The position numbers and the translations under genes are program-made. 64,000 nucleotides of DNA from Eledone cirrhosa (lineage: Eukaryota). The DNA lies in NCBI GenBank assembly GCA_964016885.1, contig OZ024740.1, positions 243,536,001 through 243,600,000 of the forward strand. The letters run 5' to 3'. The notes beneath the pieces are model-generated. The model searched no databases. It was not told the origin of the DNA and saw only the letters and a list, made by a program, of their open reading frames with translations. Positions 1 to 12,939 of this stretch are shown here, one piece after another. Position 1 is the first letter of the stretch. Every line of letters starts with the position of its first letter.

Positions 1-3000
1 TGGCACCAACATAACTTTACATAGAACGGGGTGGTGTGGATGGGGTGGGGGTGGTGGGACGGGGTGTATTTTGTTAGAGATGCCTACTGGCTGTAGTAGG
101 TTTTACTATGTATTTAGGTAAGGCGGGTCTTCTCTGTTACTGAGTACTGCCAAAGGTCTCGGTCCAGTGACATTGTCTTGGAGAGGTGTAAGTGTGTGAG
201 GTCGGAGTTTATCAGCTCGTCCCAGGTTTTTCTAGGTCTGCCTATTCCGTGGCTACCGTCTATCTTTATTGCCCTGCACTTTGTTATACAGCTATCGACT
301 TTCATGCGCATCACATGTCCATACCAACGTAGCCTTCTCTCGAGTAAACAACATCTGATCCCTCTTATTTCTAATTTTTCCCTTAGTTCGTTTATGCTTT
401 GCCGTTCACGTATATTACTGTTACACATCCAGCGGAGCATGCAAGCTTCGTTCCTCTCTAGTCTGCGTATATCCTCTGCACACAATGCCTAGGTCTCACT
501 GCCATGCAACATTGCTGTTCGTATGCAGGCATCATACAACCTGCCTTTCATTTTTAGGGAGAACCCTTTAGCAGCTAATAGTGGTATAAGCTCTCTGAAC
601 TTTTTCCAACCAGTTCTGACTCTAGCTACTGTACTTTCAGAGCACCCTCCCCCACTGCTGATTTTATCGCCCAGGTAACGGAAGCTGTCCACTATTTCTA
701 TAGAACCCTCTGCGCAATTGAAAGAGCTAGTATTTTGTGGGCACTTGCTGCTACTTATTGCACCAGAGCACCGGCCACATGTAAAATCTATGTTCTTAGT
801 TAGCTTACCGGTGATCCCACTACATCTTTTATGCACCCATACTTTGCATTTGGGACATAAAATGGAGTTTCTACCTACGCCTTTCCTACACACTGAGCAT
901 GGCCATTTCCCAGAAGGGACCGCCGCCTTATTTTCTTTCCTACAAACTAGAACTTTAGTCTTAGCCAGGTTAATTTTAAGTCCTTTTGATTCTAGGCCGT
1001 GCTTCCATGTTTGGAATTTCTTCTCTAGCTCGGCCATTGATTCAGCTATGAGTGTCAGGTCGTCTGCGTATAGGAGTTCCCATGGGCAGCTGGTCTTGAA
1101 CTCCTCTGTTATAGCCTGAAGGGCAATAATAAATAGTAGGGGGCTGAGAACAGAGCCCTGATGGACGCCAACTTTTACGCTAAACTCTTCACTATATTCG
1201 TTGTTAATTCTAACCTTGCTGACTGTTTCTTTATACATGGCTTGTATAGCTCTCACAAGCCATTTGTCAACCCCTAGTTTTCTAAGAGGCCACCAGATAA
1301 TGGAGCGGGGGACTCTGTCGAAGGCTTTCTCCAAGTCGACAAAAGCTAAGTAGAGGGGTTTACCTTTAGCTAGGTACTTCTCCTGTAGTTGTCGTACAAT
1401 GAAAAGAGCGTCTGTGGTACTTTTGCCTGACACAAACCCGAACTGCATTTCATCTAGGTCAATTCTCTCTCTGATTAGTTGCGCTATTACTTTTTCCGTG
1501 ACCTTCATGACCTGGTCGATTAGTTTAATGCCTCTATAGTTACTCCTATCTAGGGCATCTCCTTTACCCTTATAACAGTTAACGATGATGCTGCTATGCC
1601 AGTCCTTCGGAACAACCCCATTCTGTACGACTTGGTTAACTATGCGGGTGACCATGGTGTGTCCCACCGTGCCAGATGCCTTCAGCATCTCAGCAACTAT
1701 TTCTGAAGGCCCAGCCGCCTTACCCGTCTTCATATCCTTGATTGCCTTACTTATTATACTCCCCTCGACTAACACTGCTGGTCCCTCTATTGGGTCGATG
1801 TGGGGGAGACTGTCTTTCTCCCATTTATTCTCCTCATTTAGTAGCCTTTCATAGTGACACTTCCAAGCTACCTTCTTATCAGCGTCGGTGATGGCAAGTA
1901 CGCCGTCATCATTAAGTACACACTTCTCCCCGACAATATCACGGTTTTCCTTGACGCATTGCCTCGCAATCCTGAACACCTCACGTTTTTGGTCCTCGCG
2001 TTGTAGAACATGCTTGAACTTTCTTTCCTCTGCTTCCCTTCTTGCGAAGTACACTTGTCTCCTAGCTTCCCTCCTGGCCACTTGATAGTCTTCTCTACTT
2101 CCCCCATCCCGCCATACTTTCCAAGCCTGCTTTTTGGCCTTAATTGACCCCTCCACCTTACTGTTCCACCACCATGTTACTCTCCTCCTGCCTACAGGCC
2201 TGCTCCAGCCACAGACTTCGTCTGTCGCCATCAGCAGGTTTGCTTTCAGAAATTCCCACTGTCCCTCTATATTGTCCGACTCTAAATGCTCTTCCTTACT
2301 GTCGAAAGCATCAAGTAATATGCTTTGAAATTTATTTCTGGCTGTGGGGTCCTTTAGCTTCCATATTTTTCTCCTGAGGATAGTCCTCTTCTGCTGTCGA
2401 GTACGTCTCGTCCTGACTATGAGGTCGCTAATTATCAGTCTATGTTGGGAGGTGTATTCTTCATGGGGGAGGGATTTAGTGTTTACAACAGACACTCTGT
2501 CACATCTTCTGGTAAGGATATAATCTACCTGGCTTGTGTGTTCCCCGTATCTATAGGTGATCAGGTGATTGTCACGTTTTTTGAAGTTAGTGTTACAGAT
2601 AGTTAGGTTATTTGGGTCACAGAATTCCAGGATTTTGGAGCCTTCCTCATATCTAGTACCAAACCCATAGCCTCCATGGATTTCGTCGTAGCCGTCACAA
2701 TGTTGTCCAACGTGACCATTTAGGTCGCCTGCAATAATTATATAGTCACTGTCGGTTATTTGGGAGGTAGTGAGCATCAGTGTCTCATAGAATCTGTCTT
2801 TTATAGTGCCGGGCAGTCCGGATTGGGGTGCGTACGCAGATATTACTGTCACCGTAGTTCTATTGAGGACAAGTCGTATTTTAATTATTCTGTCGTTCAC
2901 TCTATTTACGTCTATTATCTTATCTGCCCACTTTTCTGCTACCATGATTCCTATTCCACCCAGCCCATCGTCGTTTCCCACCCAGAAAAGCTTACAACAT

Positions 3001-3650
3001 CGTTTTTTACCCTCATTGAATCTAGCAGACCCACCCCTCCACCTGGTCTCTTGAATACAACAAACATCGACCTCCTTACGTTCAAGCATTTCTACAACCT
3101 CGTTAGCGTGACCCTTTAGGGTGCCTACATTTATGGTACCAACTCTGAAGTTTTGGATTGCGTTTGGAGGGTGGGCAGGCGGGGGGAGATGGGGTTATGT
3201 TAGCCGTCCGCGGTCGAAACAAAGAGGAGTGCTCGCATACTCGTCCACGAGGTGAATTTGTCTTTATCTTTGGCATTGTCGCTGAGCGTCCAGATTTTTC
3301 TCTCTCTTCCACTCTCCAGGATTCCGCAGTCCATCCATCCATCCATCATATATCGAAAGGCAACTGGGCAAGCGATAGTATAGGCTCTGGCTTATGATTG
3401 GTCCGCGTAATAATAATGGTGATGCGTGGGGGCTCTGGCTTATGATTGGTCCACGTAATAACAATGGTGGTGCGTGGGGTGTTAGGTAGGTAGCTAGCTG
3501 GAAGGTTAGGATTGTATGAGATCCCCGTGTTTAACAAGCGATTAACAAAAAACAAAAATACAAGATTTGTTCTGTTCAATATGACAAAAACTCCCGTATT
3601 TAACATAAATAACAAAAAATACAGATTTGCTTTAGGAAAACGTTCGCTAC
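1..3650 (-). mobile_element. Near full-length RTE-clade LINE (subfamily A); 3' UTR runs off the window start
   Basis: APE endonuclease motifs (CIQETRW, SAYAPQ, IAGDLNGH, SQHRL), RT motifs (FVDLEKAFD, GVHQGSVLSP, YADD, FRYLG) and RTE C-terminus (RRLRWYGHVMR, GRPRKTW). The 5' boundary is approximate. Confidence 0.95.
114..3089 (-). pseudogene. RTE ORF (EN + RT + PHD-like finger) broken by a premature stop at 489-491
   Basis: ORFs 489..3089 and 114..485 are in the same frame. The 21.9 kb and 39.4 kb copies have TGG (HGSETWAL) where this copy has TAG. Confidence 0.92.
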
Positions 3651-4010
3651 TTTTAGGATTTTGCAAGATTGGATGTTTGGACTAGGTACGAAATTGAAGT
3701 GTGGAGTTGATAGAAAAATGTGTACATTACGATTACATGATATACCATAGGTACACACACACACACACACACACACAGGTTTGTGTGTGTGTGTGTGTGT
3801 GTGTGTGCGTGCCTTGATTTTGGTACAGAAAGAATTTTGTCTCCAGTTTTTATTGCCGGGTCAAAGGCCACTGCTCTTTTCATCAACGTCAAATAACAAT
3901 GCCATATATATATATATGTATATAAATGAAGAGAGAAAGGGGGAGAGACAGGGAGAGTAAGAAATGTGTGTGTCTGTGTGTGTGTGTTTGATACACGTCT
4001 ATCTATCTAA

Positions 4011-4183
4011 TAGGGGGCTCAAACATGCAGCCCGCGAACTACTTTTCTATGGCCCGTGGTAGAACCAATATTTCAGATTCCATTATAACTGGTGAAAATC
4101 ATCACCCACCACCACGTTTGGACCACTATGCCTCTCCTCCAGGATGTAATGGCCCTTTTATGTCCTTGAGTTTGAGACCCCTC
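4011..4183. mobile_element. hAT (Charlie-like) MITE remnant
   Basis: Ends tagggggctcaaac ... gtttgagacccctc resemble CAGGGGTCTCAAAC TIRs; internal ggcccg motifs; right flank ttctagac. Confidence 0.55.
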
Positions 4184-5804
4184 TTCTAGACACACACGCA
4201 GACACACACATATATATATACTTTGCCTTTTTTCTGTCTCTGGACTACGCCCATGCTGGAGCATCACCTTAGTAAGTTATGGGGACGTCAACAAACCAAC
4301 AAGCATTGGTGGGAGGGCAAACACAAACGCAAAGACACACACAGACATATATACATATATACGATGCGATTTTAGTTTCAGTCTATCAAATCCACTCGCA
4401 GGGCTTTGGTTGGCTCAGGCAGTGGGACTGAACCCGGAAATATGTGGTTGGGAAACAAGCTTCTTGTCACACTGCATATATATATATATATATATATATG
4501 GTATTAAATTAACATTGAAAATAAAAACAACAAAGTCAAGTTACTTTATAATTTGTTGTTTTTATTTTCATTGTTAATATAATACCTAATATCTGACTGT
4601 GTATCTAAAGAATTAACTCAGCGAAACACAGAACTTCTCTGTGGATTTTACTGGATTACATTGAGTTCTATCTATGGTACGGACCCTACTACCAGAGGTA
4701 GACCACACTGAAAAGGGAAAAAAAAATATATATATATATATGTGTGTGTATTATATATATATATATATATATATATCTACATACATATATACATACATAC
4801 ATTTACGTGTGTATATAATTATACATTTATATGTTTGTGTATATGCATGCATTTATATTTAAGTGTGTATATGTGACATGCTTTATGTTTTTTTTTTTGG
4901 TAGGAGAGAATTTTGACTCCAGATTTTATTACCTAGGGAGATTAACTACCACTGTTTTTTCAAAGAATGGAAAGCTAATATAAATTTGAAAGGATTTGAC
5001 TTAGTAATATAACTAACTTTCTTATCATAAAGCTGGTGTTTGAAATATAGCTTATTAAAAATTCTTACATGAAAATATGATGGAAGATTTTTAGATAGAT
5101 ATGAACACTTTAAAATAACAATGCTTATCACAGAATAAGGGGTGGTTTGATGCCAAAACGTTGATATAAAATGGTTTGTATTATCAGGAGTTAACATACT
5201 GTTAACACATGTTGACATACATTTTATATAGTGAGCATCAAAACTAATTTGAAATCTTAATCATTCCATGAGGAAAAAAACAATATATCATTGACCTAAC
5301 ATTGTCTTTTCTTTGCCACTTATTTCTTATGAGATTGTTGTTGCTTGCTATACAAAACATGTAAACAACAATTTAACTATTGGTTTTGTATGTGAATGGT
5401 GAAGGGCATCTTTGAATAATTTCCATTTCAGTGAGTTATATATTAAAATATGGATTAATGTCAGTACTTTGATCTTGGTCAATGACACGCATACGTGTGG
5501 GTGTATGTGTGTGTACATGTATGCATGTATATATTATTTGTGTGTGTGTGTATATATATATGCAGACACATATATAGTATGTATAGTGTTACAGATGATA
5601 TCTGTATATGATAATTTATGTTTATAGTGAAGTATGCGTGTGTGTATCTATGGAGGGGGATGTACATAGATTTTGGAGAGAAAGAGCTATATCTTCGCAA
5701 TATAAAACAATTTATACTTTTCCATATTTTTGGTTATTTTCAAAATTAATTGAAACACATAGGCAGTGTTTTTCATTAGAAATATGTTAATTAAAGGTGA
5801 TAAA

Positions 5805-6175
5805 AGCTGATTTTGCCCAATTGCACCTCTCAAAGGCGATGACACAGGACCGAGACTTCTGGCATTACACAGTAATACAGTAGACCTGACTTCACACGGG
5901 TACAAGCTGAAGCTGAAGCTGAAGCATATAGACAGTATGCCCCCAATCCCCTTTCACTATAAAGTGGTTGTGTAGGTGTCACAACAAAAATCACCCAGTC
6001 CACACTGTTAGGCGCCACAGGAGTTAGGAAGGGCATCCAGCTGTAGAAAGCAAGCCAAAATCAGTTCTGTATGAGCAAGACATGGTCACCTGACCTGGCA
6101 TTGCCCACATCAGGACAACCCATCTAACCCATTCTAGCATGGAAGAATGGATGTAAAATAGTGATGATGATGTTG
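5805..6175 (+). mobile_element. RTE subfamily C 3' fragment
   Basis: Matches the reverse complement of 23300-23640; ends ggatgtaaaatagtgatgatgatg. Confidence 0.75.
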
Positions 6176-6211
6176 ATGAAAGGGTTAAATTTATTTTACA
6201 TTTATCATTTA

Positions 6212-7213
6212 CTAGCAGCAGAACCCAGCATTGCCTGGGTAGGTAAAATAGTATCTGCTTTGATGAAAAGGTGTTGATCTTAGCGACTGCTTCTCAATGA
6301 CTCATCTATGGCCACACACAGACCATGCAGGGGAGGGTGGTGGTGACCTCTATCACTGAGAAATGCGGGTGACTGACGAAGGGGCATGCTGGGGGAGGGA
6401 GGTAATGAACTCTAACACTAAGCCAAATTTCCTCACGCTACGTGATTGGAAACCGATGAATTCTCAAATACACAACTAAAAGCTCAGACGACGTCAGTGG
6501 CCATCGTTTTGCCTTTGACCATCTTTAAGATGTGCAATGATAGGTTCTATCGTAGTATAAAAGTTGAACCAAATAAATTGATTTATGTGTGAGGTGGAGC
6601 CGAAGTTTCGAATTTGAACGAAATCGGTTGAAAAATGTGGGAGCTAGAGCCAAAAAGGCGGAAATTTGAGCGAAAAGGTGGTATTTTCGAATATTTAAGC
6701 GGCTGCCATACTGTTCCTGAACAAAAAATCCCAAATGTAAAGCCACTTTAAGACGAGAAATAATCAGATCTAGCGTAGTGTAAAATTTGAACAAAGTAGG
6801 TTGATTAATGTGGGAGCTAGAGCCGAAAAAGTGGAAATTTGAGTCTAAAAGTGGTATGTTTGAATATTTAAGCAGCTGCCACGCCGTCCCTGAACAACAA
6901 ATGCAAAATATAAAGCCGTTGCAGGATGTGCAATGATAAATTATATTTTGCTTTAAAATCTGAATGAAATCGGTGGCAAAATGTGGGAGCTAGAGTCAAA
7001 AATCTTATTTTTTGATACCTAAAAAAAGGTGACCCTCCTATCGATTTTTATCTGCAGAATGACCCCGGAATAAAAAAAAACGATACGCTGATATATAGAA
7101 AACACTCCCGATGACTAATCTATGAGCCTGTAAAGTTTCATGAAAATCGGTCGTAAGATGTAGGCCCCTATAGGTAATACACAGACACATACTTAATTTT
7201 ATATATATACAGA
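6212..7213 (-). mobile_element. Non-autonomous Helitron-like element
   Basis: On the minus strand it starts TC (tctgtatatatataaaa) and ends with hairpin acccaggcaatgctgggt plus CTAG, inserted in A|T. Internal repeats of gaaatcggt...gtgggagctagag. Confidence 0.75.
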
Positions 7214-7820
7214 TTTCTTAATTTCAACATTTTTGTTGTACTTTGCAACCTGGTTACTGACACATTCCCATTTTGTTATACTACTATTTTATTAATAGGT
7301 TTTATCACCATTTTTCATTGTTATGTATATTGTATATGAAGCACATATGGCAGTGTTGGTAAGATGTTTGATTAATTAGCATCCATTTGGTTGTGGATTC
7401 ACTCTTACTGCATAGCGTCTTAGTAAGTGTCACTTGCCATGAGCTTGAGGTGACAGTGTGAGCGGAATTTTGTAGTCAGAAAGTGTGCAAAAGCTCATTG
7501 ATGTGGAAAGTTTACAAATCCAGCACTGTACATGAAAATACACCTCTGTATACTGATGTGAAAATATGTAGGTATCTGGCAAGCTGAAAGAGCCACTGAT
7601 GAAAACAATTCTTTATAATAGTCTATGAAGTTCCGCTTCAGACACAAGTATATAGTTGTTAGATATACATGTGCACACACACATACAAACATACATATAT
7701 ATATGATATATATATATAGTCCTACCCATGCTAGCATGGACGATGGACATTAAACGATGATGATGATATATATATATAAGAATAAAATGGAGGTGTTACA
7801 TATGAGATTTATTGCTCAAC

Positions 7821-7906
7821 CTGATTACAAATGTTTCCCAGGCAGCCGGTGCATGATCTGCGATCATCCCAGACCAGACTCCAAGCCTGCCTGGTCCTCA
7901 GACCAG
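7821..7906 (-). ncRNA. Type I hammerhead ribozyme-like motif with long stem II
   Basis: Minus strand: ctggt CTGAGGA ccaggcag..(long loop)..ctgcctgg GAAA catttg TA atcag. Confidence 0.65.
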
Positions 7907-8493
7907 TGTTAACACAACAAAAATCACATCAAATCTGAAGATGAACCAGCCAGACACAAAGAAGCCTATAATTTATGTGATCACACACATACACACACAC
8001 ATGCATAAAATACCTACGCACACACACTCCCACACATAGAAATTGTACATGTACATACATATACATACATACACACATGTACATATATACATATACATAC
8101 ACACACATGTACATACATATACATACACCCATCCTCACACACACGCATATACCCATAAATACACACACATACATATATATATACATCATAAAAACACACG
8201 CAAAAAATACAAGCGTCTACCCTCAAATTCCTGCAGAAGTACATTGTGAGGGAGGTTATACAGGAATTGAAGTAACCCTTAGGTTCGAAGGGTCAACGTC
8301 AGGTGTGATGTAGTCTGTGACGGCTGCCTGGGAAACATTTGTAACAGAGTTGAGCAATAACTCTCATATGTAACACCTCCACTTTATTCTTATTATATAC
8401 ACTCTGCTCTGCATCGAGTGCTGACATTGGTACTCTCACCAGTTTTCTTCGGACTTAGTAAACCTTTTGCACATATATATATATTTATATATA

Positions 8494-9440
8494 CTAGTGG
8501 CCTCCCAGCCTTTGCCCCGGTCAGTACTCTGCTCAACTCTATTCATAAGGCACCTATTGTCATCTGTCGTAATGTCCATTTTCCTTAAAATAAAAGATGT
8601 TAAAAGGTATTTAAATAGTGCATAACATAATTTTAAAAATTCATTTAGAATATCTAAATACAGAAAGTAATAAAGAAAATAATAGAAAAATGTATTCTAC
8701 GAAAATTATAAAACATTTACAGAATTTCAGTATATACAATGTTTGTAATTTTTTTCTTTGGAGCATATATGAAGAGTTTGTAGCGTCTTCCTACTCTGGA
8801 ATATCCTACATACAATTGATCATGTGAGAAACAGTCCATTTTTAGATGGAGACTGATAACCTGCAGTGTTTGACCATGGGACATGTTGATGGTGATTGCA
8901 TAACTGACTCTCACTGGGAATTGCAATCATTTAAAACAAAAGGGGACATCTATTGGTATTAGTGGCATTCTAGGTATAAATATGATGTCCCCTTATCACA
9001 TCCAGTGAGGATTTTGGCTTTGATAATGTGAGGCTGTAGCTCAGTCACAACCATATGCATCCCATTGCTCAATCTTGGCTGATCCAGGTTTCTGAGAAGC
9101 ATGGTGACTGAGGTCTTCTTCAATTCAAGGTTGTGTGGCAGTATACCAGACAGTTAACAGATTCAACAGGATAATGAATAGCATCGCCCTTGTCGATAAC
9201 TTTGTTGATAGATTTATAGGTCTGGCTACCTCCAGAAATCATTTGTGAGAGATTTTGTTGATGGCATTGACTGTGATGTTTTGTGGGGCAAGGAATCCTT
9301 TCACACAACCACTCCTCATTGGAATGGTGGATTTGGAAATTGGAGAACACTTAATTATTTAAGCTTATAATGCTTTCCACAACAGTACAAAATGATGAAG
9401 GACCTAAGCGTCCTTCAGTATCAAAGGATTGCTTTCCTAT
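8494..9440 (-). mobile_element. Decayed Helitron 3' part with PIF1-like helicase fragment
   Basis: [20 protein letters not shown]...[13 protein letters not shown] (helicase motifs V-VI) and EEWLCER...YKSINKV...HYPVE; 3' hairpin plus CTAG at 8494-8520. Confidence 0.85.
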
Positions 9441-9696
9441 AAATCTAAATGGCTGAGAGATGCTTATTTGTAACTACGAGTGTCCCTCTCCCTTTCCGCC
9501 TCTGTTATTGTCACTAAATAAATCTCTGAGTCTGGGAAAATCCGAGGGTTCTCCCCTCACCTCACCATTATGTTTTCAGAAGAGAAGGCAATTGCCAACA
9601 TCTCAGAGGGCGAATTAGTTGAAAACACAAAAAAACCTAGTTAAAACAATTTCTCCACAATCCCTATAAACACACACACACACACACATATATATA

Positions 9697-10022
9697 TCAT
9701 CATCATCATCATCATCGTTTAACATCCATCTTCCACGCTTGCATGGGTTTGGATGGGAGTTTTCCCACTTGAGGCAAGAGTGGTTGTCTTGCTCGCATAG
9801 GACTGGCTGGCGGGTTTTCTACAGCTGGATGCCCTTCCTAACACCAACCACATTTACAGTGTGGACTGGGAGGTTTTTACCGTGTTACCTACACGGCCAC
9901 ATTACAGCGTGGACTGTGTGTTTTTTTGTCATGACACCTACACGACCTCATTTGTTTCGGACTGGATGTTGTGGTACCAACATAACTTTACATTGAAAGG
10001 GGTGGTGTGGATGGGGTGGGGG
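9697..10022 (-). mobile_element. RTE subfamily A 3' UTR-only fragment
   Basis: Near-identical to 38676-39010; (CAT)n tail. Confidence 0.85.
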
Positions 10023-10036
10023 TATATATATATCAA

Positions 10037-10440
10037 ATAATTGTTTCTACTTTAGGCACAAGGCCAGCAATTACCCAGTGCATTACTGGTACTTTATTTT
10101 ATCGACCCCGTAAGGATGAAAGGCAAAGTTAACCTCGGCGGGATTTGAACTCAGACCATAAAGGGCCGTAACTCTATGCGTCAAAGCATGGCATCCGACC
10201 CTCTACCGATACTGCCAATCCACCGCCCCTTATATATATATATCAAATAATTGTTTCTACTTTAGGCACAAGGCCAGCAATTACCCAGTGTATTACTGGT
10301 GCTTTATTTTATCGACCCCCGTAAGGATGAAAGACAAAGTTAACCTCGGCGGGATTTGAACTCAGAATGGAAAGGGCCATAACTCTATGCTGGAAAGCAT
10401 GGCGTTCGACTCTTTACCGATACTGCCAATCCACCGCCTT
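10037..10440 (-). mobile_element. Two tandem tRNA-derived Meta-domain SINEs
   Basis: Minus strand: A box tggcagtatcgg, B box gttcaaatccc, Meta-like core gcctttcatccttacggggtcgataaaataaagtacc, ATT tail. Confidence 0.8.
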
Positions 10441-11004
10441 ATAGCAAATAATATGCAATAAACAGTTATGGGGAATTAATCCTGTCTTAACTACCATTAT
10501 TTGATTATCACCTACCTGGGATAAACTACTGATGTGAAATGCTTTGGTTCGCTAGGACCTGCTTATCCTCAAAAAGTTACTATGTAACAACTAAGATAAG
10601 CAACACTCTTCTGCAATATATATATATATATACGCACACACACATATATATATATGTTATTTATTTATTAAAACTCTACTTTTTGGTATTGAGTACTCTT
10701 TTCTCTCAACCGTCAACCACATAAGAATATATATATTCAAAATAGGAGGTGCACAGGACAAAGACAATGGAAAAAACAATGGAAAGATGAATGGTCCCAT
10801 CTTCTCAGTCAATATATATAGAGAGAGAGTGATGGAGAGATAAATTGCAAATAAATTTATATGCATAGTTTAATAAATATTCGTTTAGCCTAGCTGTGTT
10901 TTTACTGTCTCTATACACATACAAACATATACACACCTTCAGATGTACACACACACACACAGATGCAGACGCGCACGCACACACACACATGCAAACATAC
11001 ACGC

Positions 11005-11040
<36 letters not shown>

Positions 11041-11329
11041 GGAGAGAGAGAGTGGAGGGTAAGAGAGATAATGAGTTAGAGGGATAAAGAGACGGTGTGG
11101 GGAAGAGAGAAGAACAACAATTAAAATCTAAATGACCACAACCTCAACCCTGTCCTTGACACCACACCTACCCCTGTCCACATAAACCTTGTCTGTCTGT
11201 CTACCATGGCTCAGCTGTAAAAATATTTTCTCTCTTCATTTTGACATACATCAATACAGGACATATAGATTAATGTATTTGAAGTACTGACAATCTAAAC
11301 ATAGATTAATAAACAGATTAATAACAATA

Positions 11330-11590
11330 ATGATAATGGTTTCTACTTTTGGCACAAGGCCAACAATTTTTTTTTTGGGGGGGGGGGGGGTAAAGTCGAT
11401 TAAATTGACCCCCAGTGCATTATTGGTGCTTTATTTATCGACCCTGTAAGGATGAAAGGCTAAGTTAACCTCCGGAATTTGAATTCAGAATGTAAAGGGA
11501 CATAACTATATGCCTTGAAGCATGGTGACTGATAATCTACTAATACTGTTAATAATAATAATTGTTTCTACTTTTGGCACAAGGCCAGCA
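11330..11590 (-). mobile_element. Meta-domain SINE plus a truncated second copy
   Basis: Same family as 10037-10440. Confidence 0.7.
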
Positions 11591-11845
11591 ATTACATTAA
11601 GAAAAACCTTTAGAATGGCACAGGGCATAACATTGTGTGTGTCTGTGTGTGTGTGAGAGAGAGAGAGAGAGAGTTTTGCATATAAACAGGTTTAATAATA
11701 AAGGGAGATAACAATAAAATATTAATAATGAGCATTCCTCAATATGGAGGGGATATCCGAAGGCTACTGATGGGAAAACCCCATAAAACCACAGTTGTTT
11801 TGATCACTAGGGCCAGAGGAAAGTGTTTGTCTTTAGCCCCTTTAA

Positions 11846-12066
11846 CCCTTTAGCATTTAAACAGGCTGAATCCGGCCAGAATTCTCTCATCTCTTTCTGT
11901 TCAAACCAACTATAACCAGCTGCTCATACTTATGTTAAGGTATTGTTCTCAAAATGAATAATACCAAAATCTTGTAGATTCGACATTATGTAAGATAATT
12001 ATGTGAGATAAAGTGTTTACTGTGAAAATACAATTATAAATATAGAGTAATGGAAATGCTAAAGGG
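11846..12066. mobile_element. piggyBac-type MITE
   Basis: TTAA|ccctttagcattt ... aaatgctaaaggg|TTAA. Confidence 0.85.
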
Positions 12067-12714
12067 TTAATTTTTTTAACCTCTAGTGGCACATATCAGA
12101 TTCTTTTACTGGGTTCTCGGCCCTTACCCTCTCCAGAATCTCCCGCATCATCGCCATTGTCCTCTTTCCGACTCTGCCCCCGCAACTCACCCTATACGCA
12201 CATCTCTTAACATGGTTACATGCTCAGTGTTGTTAGGGAATGTTGTCTGGTTTTCTCTGGGTTTGCAAATATAGCATTCACCAACCCAAAACTTTTACCT
12301 CGGGCTATATGGGTTTTGTACTCCAATAGGCAAGCCAAGGCCTTTTGAATTTGGACTCTGTGGCGTGCTCCACTTGGTATGTCTTTACTCCAGTCGTTTG
12401 AGCTTCTGTCGTTTATTTTTTGTGCTGGTTTTACTATTTCTATTTTTTTTCTGTTTTGTGAGTTTTGGGTATTCCATTTTGTTTTGTTTTATTTGTGCTA
12501 TATTGTTGTTGTTGTTGGCAATGGTGGCTGTGTTTGTGATGTCTGTAGTGGTGATAATGAGAGTGGTGGTGGTGGTGATGACATCGCTATTATTTTGGCT
12601 GTTAGTGGGTGTTTGCATCCATTTATAAAATTTTTTTAAATCTTGTGGGCACAAATTTATAATATGCCATAATCCAATTGCAGAGTGGTTCTCAACAGCA
12701 TGTAACCATGTTAA

Positions 12715-12939
12715 GCCTTTAGCATTTAAACCGGCCATATCCGGCCAGAATTCTCTCACCTCTTTCTGTTCAAACAGGCCGTAACTGGTCACTCATACTG
12801 ATGTTAAGGTATTGTTCTCAAAATAAATAACATAAAGATCTCATGGATTTGATATTATGTGACAATTATGTGAGGTAAAGCAACATACTTTACTGCAAAC
12901 ATACAATAGTCTATAAAGAGTAATGTAAATGCTAAAGGG
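12715..12939. mobile_element. piggyBac-type MITE, second copy
   Basis: TTAA|gcctttagcattt ... aaatgctaaaggg|TTAA; homologous to 11846-12066. Confidence 0.85.

Noticed and set aside
718-1119. Long antisense ORFs over RTE copies
   Set aside because: Shadow frames of the RT ORF, recurring only because the elements are homologous
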